Shown here: one piece after another, positions 39,790-52,193 of the stretch
How the letters are laid out: each line of letters opens with the position of its first letter
Numbering within the stretch: position 1 is the first letter of the stretch
Source of the DNA: Guillardia theta CCMP2712
Taxonomy: Eukaryota; Protista; Cryptophyta
Assembly: GCF_000315625.1 (NCBI RefSeq)
Contig: NW_005434639.1
Span: 127,670-191,669, forward strand
Reading direction: 5' to 3'
Length of the DNA stretch: 64,000 nt
The notes under the pieces: model-generated
The model's database searches: none
What the model saw: the letters and a program-made list of their open reading frames with translations, nothing else
Told to the model about the DNA's origin: nothing
Program-made: the position numbers and the translations under genes

Positions 39790-41385
39790 TTACAGCAGCA
39801 GAAACTCCCTGGTGTAGGAGTTCTGGTCCATGGTCGTCTTCACCGTCACGGCCCTCCCGCTCCTCCGCAGAAACGCAGTCGCGAGCTGCATGCAACGTCA
39901 GCGAAGACGTCGATCTGGCAGTAGGTCTACCATGACGTCATGGTCGTTGATGAGGTAGTTGTCTTGCATACTCAACCACTGCCGCCCCCACAGTGTGCAT
40001 GGCGCCTGTCAGTCGCTAAGGTTTAGGAGAGGGAGACGGCGAGAGCTGAGGGGCAGAGGAAAGAGAAGCAGGAGAGAAGAGAGCAGAAGCAGAATAGGAC
40101 CTGCATGCGTACGACAATTTTACGCCCGTGACCCTCCCAGTTCTGATCAGTGGCTGGTACCTGCTGCAAGGTTAGCCAAAGTGTTATCCCTCCCTCGCTC
40201 TCCTCCTCAGACCTTGTCTTGAATCTTCTTCGCCCAGTCCTCGTAGACCCCCTTCGCCTGGATGTATTCTTGGGTGCTGGCTGCACCAGCATCCTCCACG
40301 TCGATCTTCATCGCATACCCATTGTTTTGAAAGATCTGACCAGGGATGGTCAAACAAGACAACGAGCGAGGAGTGGAAGGCCTGTCTCGGCCCGCGTGTA
40401 CCTGGTAGATGCTGTTGAAAGACTTCAAGACCTCAGAGAAAGGAGCGTTGGGGCTGCAGCACGAGGGTGAGCAAGAGGGAACGAAGACGTTCCTAGCCAA
40501 CCTGGAGGGAAGCGGAGGTTTGACGTAGTTGCTGTCATCCGTGAAGTTTGCGAGCAGCCCGTCGTACATCCTGTCAACTTCGTCAGCGCAGAGTGAACGA
40601 GGGGCAAGATGATTGTACTTTTCACCCGAGCGCATGAAGAAGCGCGGGGCAAGGAGGTTATCGTCCTTGAGCATCGGGTCTCGTTGGATCACATGCTTGT
40701 CGTTCTCCACCCCGCTCGTCTCCTCGAAGATCTGCTTCGCGCCTTGGATGGACTGCGTGATGGATGCGAACTGGGCTGAGCTGATGAAGTCGAAGTAGAG
40801 CGCGTTGGTCAGGTCTCCCTGCTTCACGTCGTTCTCCTTGATGTACTTCTCCCACTCGTCCTGGCGGAGGAGGAAGAAATCTTTCTGGAACTGATTCATC
40901 GGGAAGAAATCGAGATCATCGACAGTGTTGTAGCAGGATCGCATAAGGAGCACTGCAAACTGAAGGAAGAGGAAAGTTCTTGGGATCCTGATCGGCTTCG
41001 GCCTCTGCTCCTTTATTTTGTTCGTCTGGCCAAAGGGATTTGACAGCAACCCTCCTCCTCCTCCCCGCCCTGTTCCAGATTCCCTTCCGTATCCAAAGAC
41101 TGACATCGTATCCAGGTTGATCGCGTCCGCTCTTCCTTCCCACAGCAGCAGCGGAGCAGCCGCAGCCACTACCTGCATACACCTCCTCCTCGACAGAGAG
41201 TCGATCTGCATCTTGAGCGAGCCCAGGCTCCTACGTCTCGACCCAGCAGTAGCCGTGCTAGCCATCGACAGGCGTCGCTGCTGGAGAAGGTTGGACATGG
41301 ACATGCTGCTGGGGCTGAAGGCTCCTGCCATCATGTTGAAAGTGGTAACGGTGAGCATCAGGCATATTCCGTGCACAGCTCGCAT
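39790..41385 (-). CDS. Nucleus-encoded plastid (thylakoid-lumen-targeted) protein of unknown function, multi-exon
   Basis: MRAVHGICLMLTVTTFNMMAGA-FSPSS (signal peptide + Phe), Ser/Arg-rich transit peptide, then SRRRCMQVVAAAAPLLLWEGRADA (twin-arginine signal with AxA site). Core FAVLLMRSCYNTVDDLDFFPMNQFQKDFFLLRQ...QGDLTNALYFDFISSAQF. 3' exons APCTLWGRQWL...NDHDVM and LATAFLRRSG...EFLLL end at TAA 39790. Confidence 0.85.
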
Positions 41386-42539
41386 CCTTCCTGTCAGATC
41401 CTGTCGATCCTGTCGATCCTGTGAGGAGATACCTTTGTAGCAAATGAAAGATCCTGCGAAGCTTCACATCAATGGAGTCAAACGACACAAACTGTTCAGA
41501 CAAGCACTGAAATTTCAAGAAATCTTTTCAGACGACCACTGAAATTCTAAGAAACCAGCCATCTCTCTCAATACAAATACGCACATCACAGCGAAGATGG
41601 CTCAGAACAAACTCGTGGAGAAAGGTTTGGACCTCGTCTCGTGCGACTCTCTTCCTATCATTGACAGACGAGCAAGGAAACGGCATGAGAGGAGATCGCA
41701 AAGTGCATGGCCGCTGATCGTCAGAGCTAAGCGGCGCCTTTTATAGGCGAGCAAAGCTTACGTGGGGGAAGTTGTGCTTACATGCTTACATGCTTACACG
41801 TCATGCTGACGAGCAGATGAACAGCACTTTCATCATTCGGCAAGATAACCTGATTGTTTGATATCTCAAGAGCAATGTTGAAGGAAACATCTATTATCCC
41901 TATTTTTTATCCATGCCGATCAATACGTCTTTTACCTGTCGATCTCCTAAACTACGTGTCCACGTTGCAGGTTATCTAATAAATCACACAAACTTATCAA
42001 CAACTCATCATGCAAGAGGAGGGCAGCTCCACTTGAAAACTAGTTTCTTCCTGCTGCTCCTGCTTCTCCTGCTGCTCCTGCTACTCCTATCTCACCATCC
42101 TTTCCCTTGTATGCCTGCGCTGACTTGACCCCGAACGACATTGAACATTTATATAAAGTTTTTGGTTTACTCAATAATCCTTTTTGATACAATTTTTCAG
42201 GTACGGGACACTTTTACAATTGTTTTTTAAAAAGGGAGGCGAGCTCGCAAAGCAATTGAGTAACTAAAATAATTTCATTATCGTACCCCTCCAATTAACG
42301 TTCATTCTAGGGGTGCGTTTACCCACCCCTATCAACGACATAACCCTCAAAATTGATGACCCTACCCACCAAATGTCGACACCCCCTCGCATTCAAACCA
42401 TTTCACCGTTTTTATTAATGTCAGAAGTATAAAATTCTCCACTTTGGTAGTCTAGTCATTCGGCAGGATACCCTCTACCCTAAAGAAATATAACCCCACC
42501 CCAGAAAACCATTTGCCTCGTTCTCCTCCTCTCAGCCTC

Positions 42540-43906
42540 ATGCTGCGGCTTGTACGAGGGACCGGTCTTCGCTTCTTCGGGCGGCACCCGAAGCATGACG
42601 TCGGGCAGCTCAACAGCTCCAAGCAGCTGCCCAGGTAGGAGCAACGGCGAGGGAACATGGCGGGCTCGATGCATGTCGAGGGCCATGTCGAACAGAGAGG
42701 ATGGGTAGAGATGGAAAAGGCGGTTGAGGGATAGAACAGAGCAAGAGGGGATTCTTGTGGTGTGGATGCAGCCTCGGGTGTGATGTAGGACACATCACTT
42801 CTAGCCCTGTCTTGTGTCTTGCTGTTGAGCCTCTTGCGCGTGCGCCCTTTGTTGAGTTGTGTGGTGGGGCTGGGTGGGTCGGAGTCAAGTGTTGGACCTG
42901 AAGATTTCCTTGATGGCAGAGTCGATGAGATCACTGGATCCATATCAAAGTCGATAAAGAGGAAAGAATGGAAACGCCAGCCCTTCCCCCACTCGAAATT
43001 TGACAGTGAGCTTGCACTGCTGTTTGCTGACCCTACTCATTTGATCCGTTTGGCAGGCAAGGAGGAGATTCGGCAGAAGAGAGATATCTACCTCTATCAG
43101 AGATCTCTGCCAGCCCCCGTCATAGATGCTGTAATGAATATGAGAATGGTCGGGCAGAATGTCGACTCAAGCTGTATTGCAGTATTTGCACGGAGCAGAT
43201 GTTACGGTGTCAAGGGAAAACACATTCAGGCGATGGTGGATTATGGACGCGCGGGATTATGTGATGATGTGGGCACAAGATGCCGGCCGTGAGATAACTC
43301 TGTTGTTCTACAGACTTTGGGAAAACTTGCTTCCTTAGCTTGTCGACTTATCATGGGCAAACACAAGCCGATCTTTGACAGGTCTCACATGCTGCGTCGT
43401 AGTGCTTGCTAAAACAAGAGTATCTACTTGCAGATCACTTGTTCTTGGGGACTTTGTCATTGTTACGAATGCGCCTGAGATCAATGTCGCCAGAAAGTCA
43501 CAGGATACAAAACTTTACCGATATCACACTGGTTGGTTGATGGCTTGCGAAGACTTTCTGAGTTTGACGTGTCGAGCAGGGTACCCCGGTGGCCTCGTCG
43601 AAACCCCATACATGAAGATGCTGAAAGAGAAACCTGAAGAAGTCATCCGAAGGTCCTTCTGCTCTAGACGTGCCGCGCTGCTTGTCACGTTGCTGCAGAG
43701 CTATTTCTGGGATGCTTCCGAAGAACAACTTGAGGAAAGAAAGGATGAAACTGCTGAGGGTTTTCCGTACCAGCGAGCACCCACACCTTGCGGAAGAACC
43801 GACGATAGTCCGAGCAGACTTGTTCGAGGTACTCGATCAACTTCCATCCTGTTCTCTCCCTTGCCTCGATTGCATCCTCTCTCTCTCGCGTCAGATCTTC
43901 TCATAG
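42540..43906 (+). CDS. MRPL13: Organellar (probably mitochondrial) ribosomal protein uL13, multi-exon, with N-terminal extension
   Basis: Spliced: RWWIMDARDY|TLGKLASLACRLIMGKHKPIFD|RSLVLGDFVIVTNA...KLYRYHT|GYPGGLVE...KPEEVIR|RAISGMLPKNNLRKERMKLLRVF...EHPH, the bacterial-type L13 signature. The N-terminus MLRLVRGTGLRFFGRHPK looks like a mitochondrial presequence. The last exon is tentative. Confidence 0.9.
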
Positions 43907-44480
43907 TGGTGCTGATTTGGCCTTCAGACACGTTCTCCCTGGTTGGAACCGAAAGAGGCAGTACAGGTCGCAGAGTTTTGTCAGATTGATGATCTGATCC
44001 TCACTTGTATGTATAGCAAGTGGACAATGAAGGAGTCGTTATCCTTGACCATGAAGGAAATCCCATCCAGGACCTGGTTGATAATCATGGTGAGCTCAAC
44101 GTGGTTGGTAGAGTGAGCGCGGGACTGATAGTTTGTATGCAGGCAACACATGGACTGAGGAGGAGGCCGAGTGGCTGCTGAGCGAAGGGACGACGATGTT
44201 CCGCGATCCTGTGACTTTCTTGCTCGCTGGTTCCTGCTAACGCGGCTGACATGTTGGCGCAGGAAATTTATGGCAAGGACGTTCCAGAGCCGAGAACGGA
44301 CACATATGGTGACTATTGGAAGAAGAAGATGAAGTGAGAAGGAGCTGGAGTAAATTGAGCTCCCCTCTTTACCCTCCTCCCCTTCTATCTCTGTTTCCGT
44401 CTCCCACTCCACTCCTCCAGTAGACATAGGGAGCACATATTCATCTTCATTGATGGGTAAGTCGCTAAGTAGTGTACAGT

Positions 44481-47400
44481 CTAACGGAAGACGGAGTTGA
44501 GGTAGTAATGGATGGAATAGGCGCGCTTGATGCTGTACAGCCGATGCATCTGAGTGTGGAGAGAGTAGAGCTGGCTGTCTTGTATCTGAATCTCCCCGAT
44601 GATCTGGAGATTCCCCTCCCCTCGGTAGATCAGATGCAGCTTCAAGTCCCGGTATCCATCTTCCACCTCTGCCCAGGCAAACTTGTTCTTCACCCGGCAG
44701 AGCGTGAGGGGCCCGGAGGAGGAGGACGCCTCGAACCATTCCGCCACCTGGACCATGTGGCTCGGCCCCTGGCACACGAGGCACAGGCGGACGGGGTCGA
44801 GGATGTTACAGCAGAGGGGCCACGTGCCCTTGGGGTTAGGAGGAGCGTACTCCCTCAGTTTCTCCCTCATCCTGCTGACGGACTTGACCCGGGCAAGATG
44901 CACCTTGACGTTCCCCGGGCCCTCCCGGAAGATGCAGCGCAGCTCGTGGACGACCGTCTCCTCCACCGGGCGGGTCTCCCGCGAGGAGGAGGAGGTTAGC
45001 GCATCCAGCCCGGTGCAGTGGCTGAGGAGAACGTCCATAACGGCCCTGTGGAAGCCGTCGTTGAGGATGCGAGACCGTGTGTTGAGCTGAACGACGAAGA
45101 TCTCTTCGTCCAGACACTCCAACGCCCCTTCCTTCACCATCTGCTCCCAATCCGTCCTCGCGTCCGACTTCTCCCGCTCCCCGTAGCGGACTGCCCCCAC
45201 CTGGTAGCAGGGTCAGCAAGGGACATCACCTCTGCTGGGAGAGCATCTAGCAGGGAGCAAGGAGGGGACGAGCATCGGGAAAGGACGAGGGCGAGGCTGG
45301 GGGAACAACAACTGCAAATGTGCTCACCGTGTCCTGTCTCTCCATGCTCAGCGTCACGTGGCGATTCTGCTCCATGAAGGTCGACGAGTAATCTTGCCAG
45401 GACCTCCTGCTAAGAGACAATCGATGAGGAAGGCAAGCGGCAAGCGGGACTCAGTCACCTTCCCTCCACATCCGATTGCACTCCAGGGATGTGAGGAGCG
45501 TAGACGACGAGGACAGCGCCGTGCTCCTTGTTGACCATTTCATTGAACCTCTGCTCGCACGACTTGACAAGGTCGGCCATGAGCTGCTGGGCAAGGAGTT
45601 GGAGCCTTCGGAAGAGGGTGATGTCATCCTTCCAGAGCTTGATGTTGGTGACCTTGGTCTTGAAGAAGAGATACCTTTCCTCCTTGGACAAGTTCCTGAT
45701 CTTCTCGAGCCTCATCTGCAGCAGCTTGTTCCTTTGCTCTCCTGTCATGAACCAGCCCAACACGCGCTGCATGCACGAGGAGAGGAGCGAGTCCCAGTGC
45801 GGCACGGTGGAACCAACCTGCTCCAGACGCCTCTCCAGGTCTTGAGTGTGGTTGGAGTGGAGGAGGAGAATCCTGCATTGCTCCAGAAGCCAGTCGCACA
45901 GGTTGTGGTACTGCTCCGAGTCTCCAACGTCAGCCTCGCTCCCTCTCTGCAATAGACACATGCAGAAGCTGTCGAAGAAGTGCTCGTCGAAGTCGTCTTG
46001 GAAGATCGACAGCCGCGCGGCCGCCTCCATCGACCTCTTAGCGATCACCTTCAACTGGCTCCTTGCCATCCGCATCCCCAACCGCTCCGTGCTGAGCGCA
46101 TAGCCGTCCTTGAGCTGGATGTGAAGGCGCTTCCGCAGGTCGGAGATCATCTCGATCAAGTCCTTGTCTTCCTGCACCTGCAGCCGACCCTGGAACTTGC
46201 GGAAGTACATGAGGAGGAGGACGGCGAGGAGGATGAAGGGAATGAGCACGACAACGATGAAGATACTGATGTGCTCGCATTCGTTTCCCATCAGCACAAA
46301 GTTGGAGGGGCAGGTGTCGCACCCATGGGAGCTGCTCGCGCCATACATGGACGTGATTTTCTTGTTCGGACATTGAATAGCTTGCGTGGAGTTCTCGGGG
46401 CAGAAGAAGCCCACCGGGCAGATCGTAGCGTTTGCTGTTCCTCCTGGACAAAACCAGCCAGCAGGGCATGAGAGGCAGGACAGGAGCGTTGAATCCCCGT
46501 AGAAGCCTTCGGGGCATATTGAGGGGATCCAAGGGAACCATGTCTGCTCGTTGCCCTTGAGCCAGTTGCAAGCCACCTGGAACATCGCCTCCCTGGAGGG
46601 CATGCCGCTTGTCTTCAAAACATTGCTCTGCGCCATGAACTCCTGAACGTCCTGGTCGAAGAAGTCGAGTTTCGACGCCAAGAAACTGACATGCTTGTCG
46701 ACGCTCGGGAGATACCTCCACATGTAGTTCCTCGGGTTCATATCCACCAGGCCTGTCGCGTACTTCCCTTGCGCCTGCTCGTAGCCGTTGGGGTCCGGCA
46801 TCCTGACCCTCACCGGCACGTTGTCAGTCGCCAGCAGGTTGTCGTCCGGCTTGAACCACCCGAACACAAAGTTTCCACCCCTCACTACGTCATAGTAAAC
46901 CTGGTCGAACGCGCTGGATCCATCCCGAAACTTGACAAGAGCGACGGGGAAGTCAAGGAAGAAGCTCAACTGCAGCATCACGTGGTATTCATACTGCACC
47001 ATCACCGGCACACACTGAGACGTGTTGCTCCTCCTCCTGCACGCAGGGGAGAACCACACCATGTCCCTGTAGCAGTCCAGCTGGTTATTGCCCGTGAACT
47101 TGATGTAGTCCGCCTTGTACCGCAAGTTCCCGTACGTTCCTTGATCCAAGTTCGTGCAGGTTTCGATGTTGCCGATGGGGGTTAGAGCCAGAAGCTTGTC
47201 CAAGCTATCGAAGTACTGCTCGGGGTTGTAAGACCCTGCGTTGTAATACCCGTAGAAATCGAGGAAAACCTTGTCCTTCTTGCCCCGTTCAACCGTGGAC
47301 TGCCACACAAACACCTGATCGACTGTCTTGTAGTCATACACGTTGGCTAGCAGCGGGCGGTACGCGTACGGCAACCCTTGAAGAGTTGCGATGCCCATCG

Positions 47401-47938
47401 TCCAAGTCTCCACTGACAGGTGGATCGTCGGATTCGCGTTGTTGATCTTCACACATTTCTCAATATCCACACAGCCGGCAAGATACGCCATGGAGACTCC
47501 CGTGTTGATCGCAACCCCTGAAAGCGACACCACGGAGTAACCCATCACCTCTTCTAGAAGAATATAAATGATCTCAGCAACGATGCGAGCGGAGGACCAA
47601 GACGCGTACGGGAGGGAGACGTTGTGAGCAGAGCCATCGGGATACGCCAGAAACCTCTTCTTGACGTCTGACAAGCGCAAGCCGGCAAACCTGATGTCAT
47701 CGTACTGGCCGTTGAAACAGCTGTTGGGGTGGTCCACCAGGGTTATCGCTGGCGTGCATGCGACGAGAGAACATTGCGCGATGAATATCAAAGCAATGAA
47801 AATGTGAACCAATCGATCTTGTCCAGCAAACCTCGCTAACCCACGAGCCTGTCCAGCAAACTTCGCAACCCAAAGCATTCCTTGCTCAGATGCTATGAAG
47901 TCTTGTTGAGAACCCCCCCCAAACATACGCGCTTGCAT
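44481..47938 (-). CDS. Single-pass receptor: betaine/choline-type periplasmic-binding domain + Cys-rich (GCC2_GCC3-like) stalk + TM + helical region + C-terminal RelA/SpoT-like domain; 3 exons, about 1093 aa
   Basis: Exons 47938-45459, 45409-45328 and 45200-44481, joined by GT-AG introns of 49 and 127 nt that keep the frame. Hydrophobic leader LVHIFIALIFIAQCSLVA. PBP2-like motifs ASWSSARIVAEIIYILLEEVMGY, ETW, GWFKPD, VACNWLKGNEQTWFPWIP. Cys repeats CPEGFY...CLSCPAGWFCPGG...CPVGFFCP. TM IFIVVVLIPFILLAVLLLMYF followed by RK. C-terminal ARVKSVSRMREK...ILDPVR...DGYRDLKL...GEIQI...MHRLY. Confidence 0.85.
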
Positions 47939-48762
47939 ACTTATTTACGGTGTAAAGATGCTTGAGGCCTATGGTGTTGAAGCATGTCCTTTTGATATGA
48001 CGGAATATCAAGAGGAATACATTCACATCCTGCAAGTACAAGCGTATGTCGTTGCTCGGTGGTTCTAACAATCCTGCCGTCCGTGCTCTTGAAATCTGGA
48101 GCACCCACGAGTCACATTAACCTATCCCCCTCTCCTTGCTGTGATCTACCAGATATCCTCCTTCATCCTCCTACTTCCGTCAATCGATCGAGCTCCACCC
48201 CTGCTGCTCCTCGCTCCTGTGCTAGGTATACCGCCGTATCGCCCTCCCCGACATTCGGGGGAATATCGCTGAGTGAAAAATGGGCCCTTTTATATGTTTA
48301 TTGACTTTTATACTTGCTATGGAATTAAAATACTTATAAAGCTCATGTTCACTTCTTTTGACTTATATAATATACTTATATATATTATAAACACTTAATT
48401 CATATATAAAATGTATGAAAATTTTAGATCATCAAAATCTCTGTACCAGGAGCTCATCGGAATCTGTACTATGATACTGGTAATATATGGTAATAACGAA
48501 AAAAGAAAATATTTCCCATACCCACGCATTTTCCTGATTTATTTACCACTTTCGACACGGTGGGATATCTTTTTTTACTCGAAATTATACATCAATCAAA
48601 ATTGAGTAAACATTGCTGCATTAACCGTTCACCGATATATATATGCGTGCCGCCACTCTCCCTGCCAGCAGTATGCTGAACCGTTTTCCTCTGCCCCCTC
48701 CACCCCTCCACCCCTCCCCCCTCTCCTGTTCCTGTTCCTGCTCCTCTCCCTTCGTTAGCATG

Positions 48763-48821
48763 CTCCTCCTGCTCCTCCTGCTCCTCCTGCTCCTCCTGCT
48801 CCTCCTGCTCCTCCTGCTCCT
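48763..48821. repeat. (CTCCTCCTG)n tandem repeat, about 6.5 copies
   Basis: Direct reading of the sequence. Confidence 0.9.
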
Positions 48822-49476
48822 ATGCTTCGTCCTTCTCGAGCCCTGCTTCTTCGCTCCAACGCCATGCTTCATCCTTATCTCCCAACTCCTCCTGATCTCA
48901 GTGCTTCAAGCCGATTCTTACCATCGCCCATCATCAACTATCGTTTCTCATCTTCTTCTCTTCAACTCTGTTCTTCCGCATATTTCATTCCCAACGCGTC
49001 GATCGGCTCCCCATGCCATTTCCACATCTACGTACTCTTGTCCTTCTGGAAAGCACACCGATACATTCTAAACTTATACTCATCTTTCTTGGCCTCAAAT
49101 TTCCACCTTTGCTGCCTGCTCTTGTGCTCCCAGACTCTAGTCTTTCAGCTGTACGCCAGCTTCCATATCCTCGTTCCCTCTCGCTGCGCCATGTCAGACT
49201 CTTCTTTCATCTATTCGTTCTGTGGCATTGGTGCGATGAAATATTCCTCTGCTATCCTCTCTTCTTCAAGAAATTCTTTCACTCCAAGTTGTTCTTGTTG
49301 TACCAAAACTTCCTTCTCATCGTCATCCAACAGTAGTTCTGTGTTGACTTTTGATGCAATGTTTCGAAATCGCTTTGCTGAAATACCAGTTCCAGGTTGA
49401 CGAGATGGAATACCTAAAGAAATGAGCTCAAGGGTTTGAAAACAAACAGAACTTCATAAGCTTGCGCGTTGGGGAG

Positions 49477-51810
49477 ATGGATTCCAATGAGGATCCAAAG
49501 AATCTCACAAACAGCAATGTACTTGCCGTGGGTAGCAAGCGGCAGCGCGTTCAGGTCTGACATCTGCACATCCTTGAGGATGGTAATAGGGCCTTGCTAC
49601 AGGTGCAGAGACTTCGATTCAGCGAGCTGGCTTTGAAGAACAATCAGAATTTGACACCGGTGAAGGTCAAGTGAGATGCTTGCCAATATATTTTTTTGAT
49701 TTGGTCCCGACAGGTGAATCCTGGTGAGAATGGAAGCAATCAAAGCTCTCCATCACCTGGTCTCCCTGAAGCTCTTTGTAAGATCCTTCCTTACATTCTT
49801 TTACAGGAAACGCTTCACCGAAGTGGGAGAGTGCTGCCAATAGATTGTGATAGATTAAGTTTCTCAAGACTGACATCCTGTAACTTCATTTGGTCAGGAT
49901 TGCCAAACAGCGCATTTCCCCTGGAGCAAGAAACTCGAAGGCTAATGGAACCCCGAACTCGAACAAGTCTGCTTCGCTGCCTGGAACGCCTACAGGCCAT
50001 GGCAGGATTCAAACTCCAGGTGGACAAAACTCGTAGTGATTCTGAGAGAGTGATGTTGGTCGTGCAGAGTTTGATGATGCATCGTCACGCACAAGCCAAG
50101 ATGATCAAGATCGAACCCCGCGAGCAAGGATGAGTGCAAGGATGAAGCGAGAGAGTCCGAGGACACCAATGGATGGAGGATCACAGAAGTCAATGGACGG
50201 AAAGAACTTGGACAAGAGTAATGCAGAGGTGAAGTCAGGAAGAAAATGTTCTCTTCTTGGTTCTTACAACAGCCTTGTATTGGTAGGCTGCTCGGAGTGC
50301 AAAGCCTGGCATTCAGATCCAACAGGTTGTCATGCTTTACCTCATGTTTCTTGTCTCAACGCCGGCGTGTAGATTCCAGAGCTTTTTGTGAAGCTGCAAT
50401 CTGGAGCATCTGTGGAGAACGTGAATGGAGCGAAAGGGCTTTGGACGTTGGTTACGGGAGGGAAGAAGGAGGAAGTTCTGAGCGTCCCTGATTGCCTGGA
50501 CGTGATGGCTGAGAATCTGAAGACGGTGAGTGACCTGTTCGAATGATGACTCAACAGAGATGGCTGACAACATTATGCAGGGCCCAACCCAATCGAGATT
50601 CTTTGTGCTAGCCATCCTTGGAGAATCTGCGTACTTTGACCCAAAGTGGAGCGTGAAGATTTCCAGCCACTCAAGCATCCGGACGGGGGTTGTCGAGGCC
50701 ATGCGTCATGGGAAAGGAATCGAAGGAGAAGCTTGCAAGGTTGTGCGAAACTGCAGCGCGAACAGTGCAGATAGTGCGAAGTTATGGGCTGAGCAGGAAG
50801 GATTTCTTCAAGGTGAGTACAAATGTTTTTTGAGTGAAGTTGTCTGCCTTCTGATCAGTATGATGTGCAGTGATGAAGGGTTGCTTCTCTGCTTCCAGTC
50901 ACATCAAATCTTGTGTCGTTGGAGCAATTTGCTCCTTGTCACGCTCAGCCGGCGCGGCTTGCGTTATGGAGAGGTTCAATCTGATCCCTGAAGTACGAGT
51001 GTAACTTTGCACTCCATCGTTCTCCTGATTTGCCTGCAGGTTTTGGAGCCATGCATCAAAGAAAGGATTGCAGGAGACATCGGAACAGACATCAGGGATC
51101 GCAACAGGATTACTGTTGCTTGTGCTGCCATGGCCATACTGAACATCAGGCAAGCGAAGAGCTCCAGTCTAAGCTCGTCCAAGGACAAAGCTTCGAACCT
51201 TCCCCACAGAACCAGCACTGAGAGCTTGCGGCCAGCGAACGCGAGGTCGCATGAGGGGGCGGGGGGAGAGCAGAACGAAGGCTATGTGCTGGAGAAGAGG
51301 GTGATCATCAACATGGTCCGGATACTCTCATCAGCCATCGACGAGATGCCGTTTGCAGGGGTTAAGTTCTCTCCCGAAGCTGCTCTCTTCTCTTTCCCTG
51401 CGGCTGTCCAGCATAGAGCGAACGTGGCAGTTTTCTGTGACCAGGGGCTTGTGGAGCTGCTGCTGTCCCTAATCCAGAGGCATCGGCCAGCAAGTACAGG
51501 AGGGGAGGGCGACAGTGCGCAAAAGAGCGATCCGACACAGGCTGATACTGCAGACAAGGTGGAAGGAGGGAAGGACGAAACCAACATCCGGTTGATCGAA
51601 CTGGCGCTGCAGACGATGTTGACCATGTCGAAGACGGAAGGAGGAGCAGGCCATGAATGCCTGCAGAGGATGAATCTTCTCAACTCTCAGGAACTGCTGC
51701 AAGGGCTAGCAGGATGGTCGGTGAATCGTACGGAGGAGGCTCCGAAAGTGGAGCGAGTGGCTCGACTAGCGACAGAAGTGAGGGATTTGTTGTCCCAAGC
51801 AGGATCGTAG
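49477..51810 (+). CDS. Hypothetical multi-exon protein: disordered N-terminus, ARM/HEAT-like helical C-terminus
   Basis: MDSNEDPKNLTNSNVLAVGSKRQRVQ|VQRLRFSELALKN... continues through a chain of about 45-55 nt GT-AG introns. The last exon has amphipathic helices (VFCDQGLVELLLSLIQ, LIELALQTMLTMSK) and ends at TAG 51810. Confidence 0.6.
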
Positions 51811-52193
51811 CTGATCATGAGGCAATACAAGAAATATCATGTGCAAAGTCACTCCGATCTGTTGTACGGCGTCACCAGTCTCCCAGCACTCCGGGAGTGC
51901 TGGGACTCTAGAGCCCTAGGCTACGGTCACTGGTCGGACTCGGACCCCGCCGGGCCTGCGATGCGGCTGCCCGTCGAGCGGTCACCATCCACTGCGGTGA
52001 CGTACCCCTACCCCACGATTTCCCAGCCAGTACCCCTATCAACTGCCCTTGTATTGGCGCCAGACTGATGACAACATTCGCCCTTATCACCCCTCCCTTG
52101 TGCCTGGATACGTGGAGAAAGCTGGGGTGGGTGAGCTTGTCCAGGGAAAGCAAGCAGAACAGGAATACGCTCTGAGTAGTTTGAAACGAAAGA

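Noticed and set aside
41755-41810. ACGT-core words and (CTTACATG)n upstream of the plastid-protein gene as light-responsive elements
   Set aside because: Short words expected by chance; no TSS or conservation evidence.
43981-44784. 267-aa minus-strand ORF overlapping the receptor's 3' end
   Set aside because: Alternative frame of the RelA/SpoT-like exon running into 3' flank; the 44481-45200 frame carries the motifs.
48643-49415. Leu-rich plus-strand ORFs and a short acidic minus-strand frame (about 49211-49415)
   Set aside because: The former arise from CTC-type repeats; the latter has no convincing start or upstream exon.
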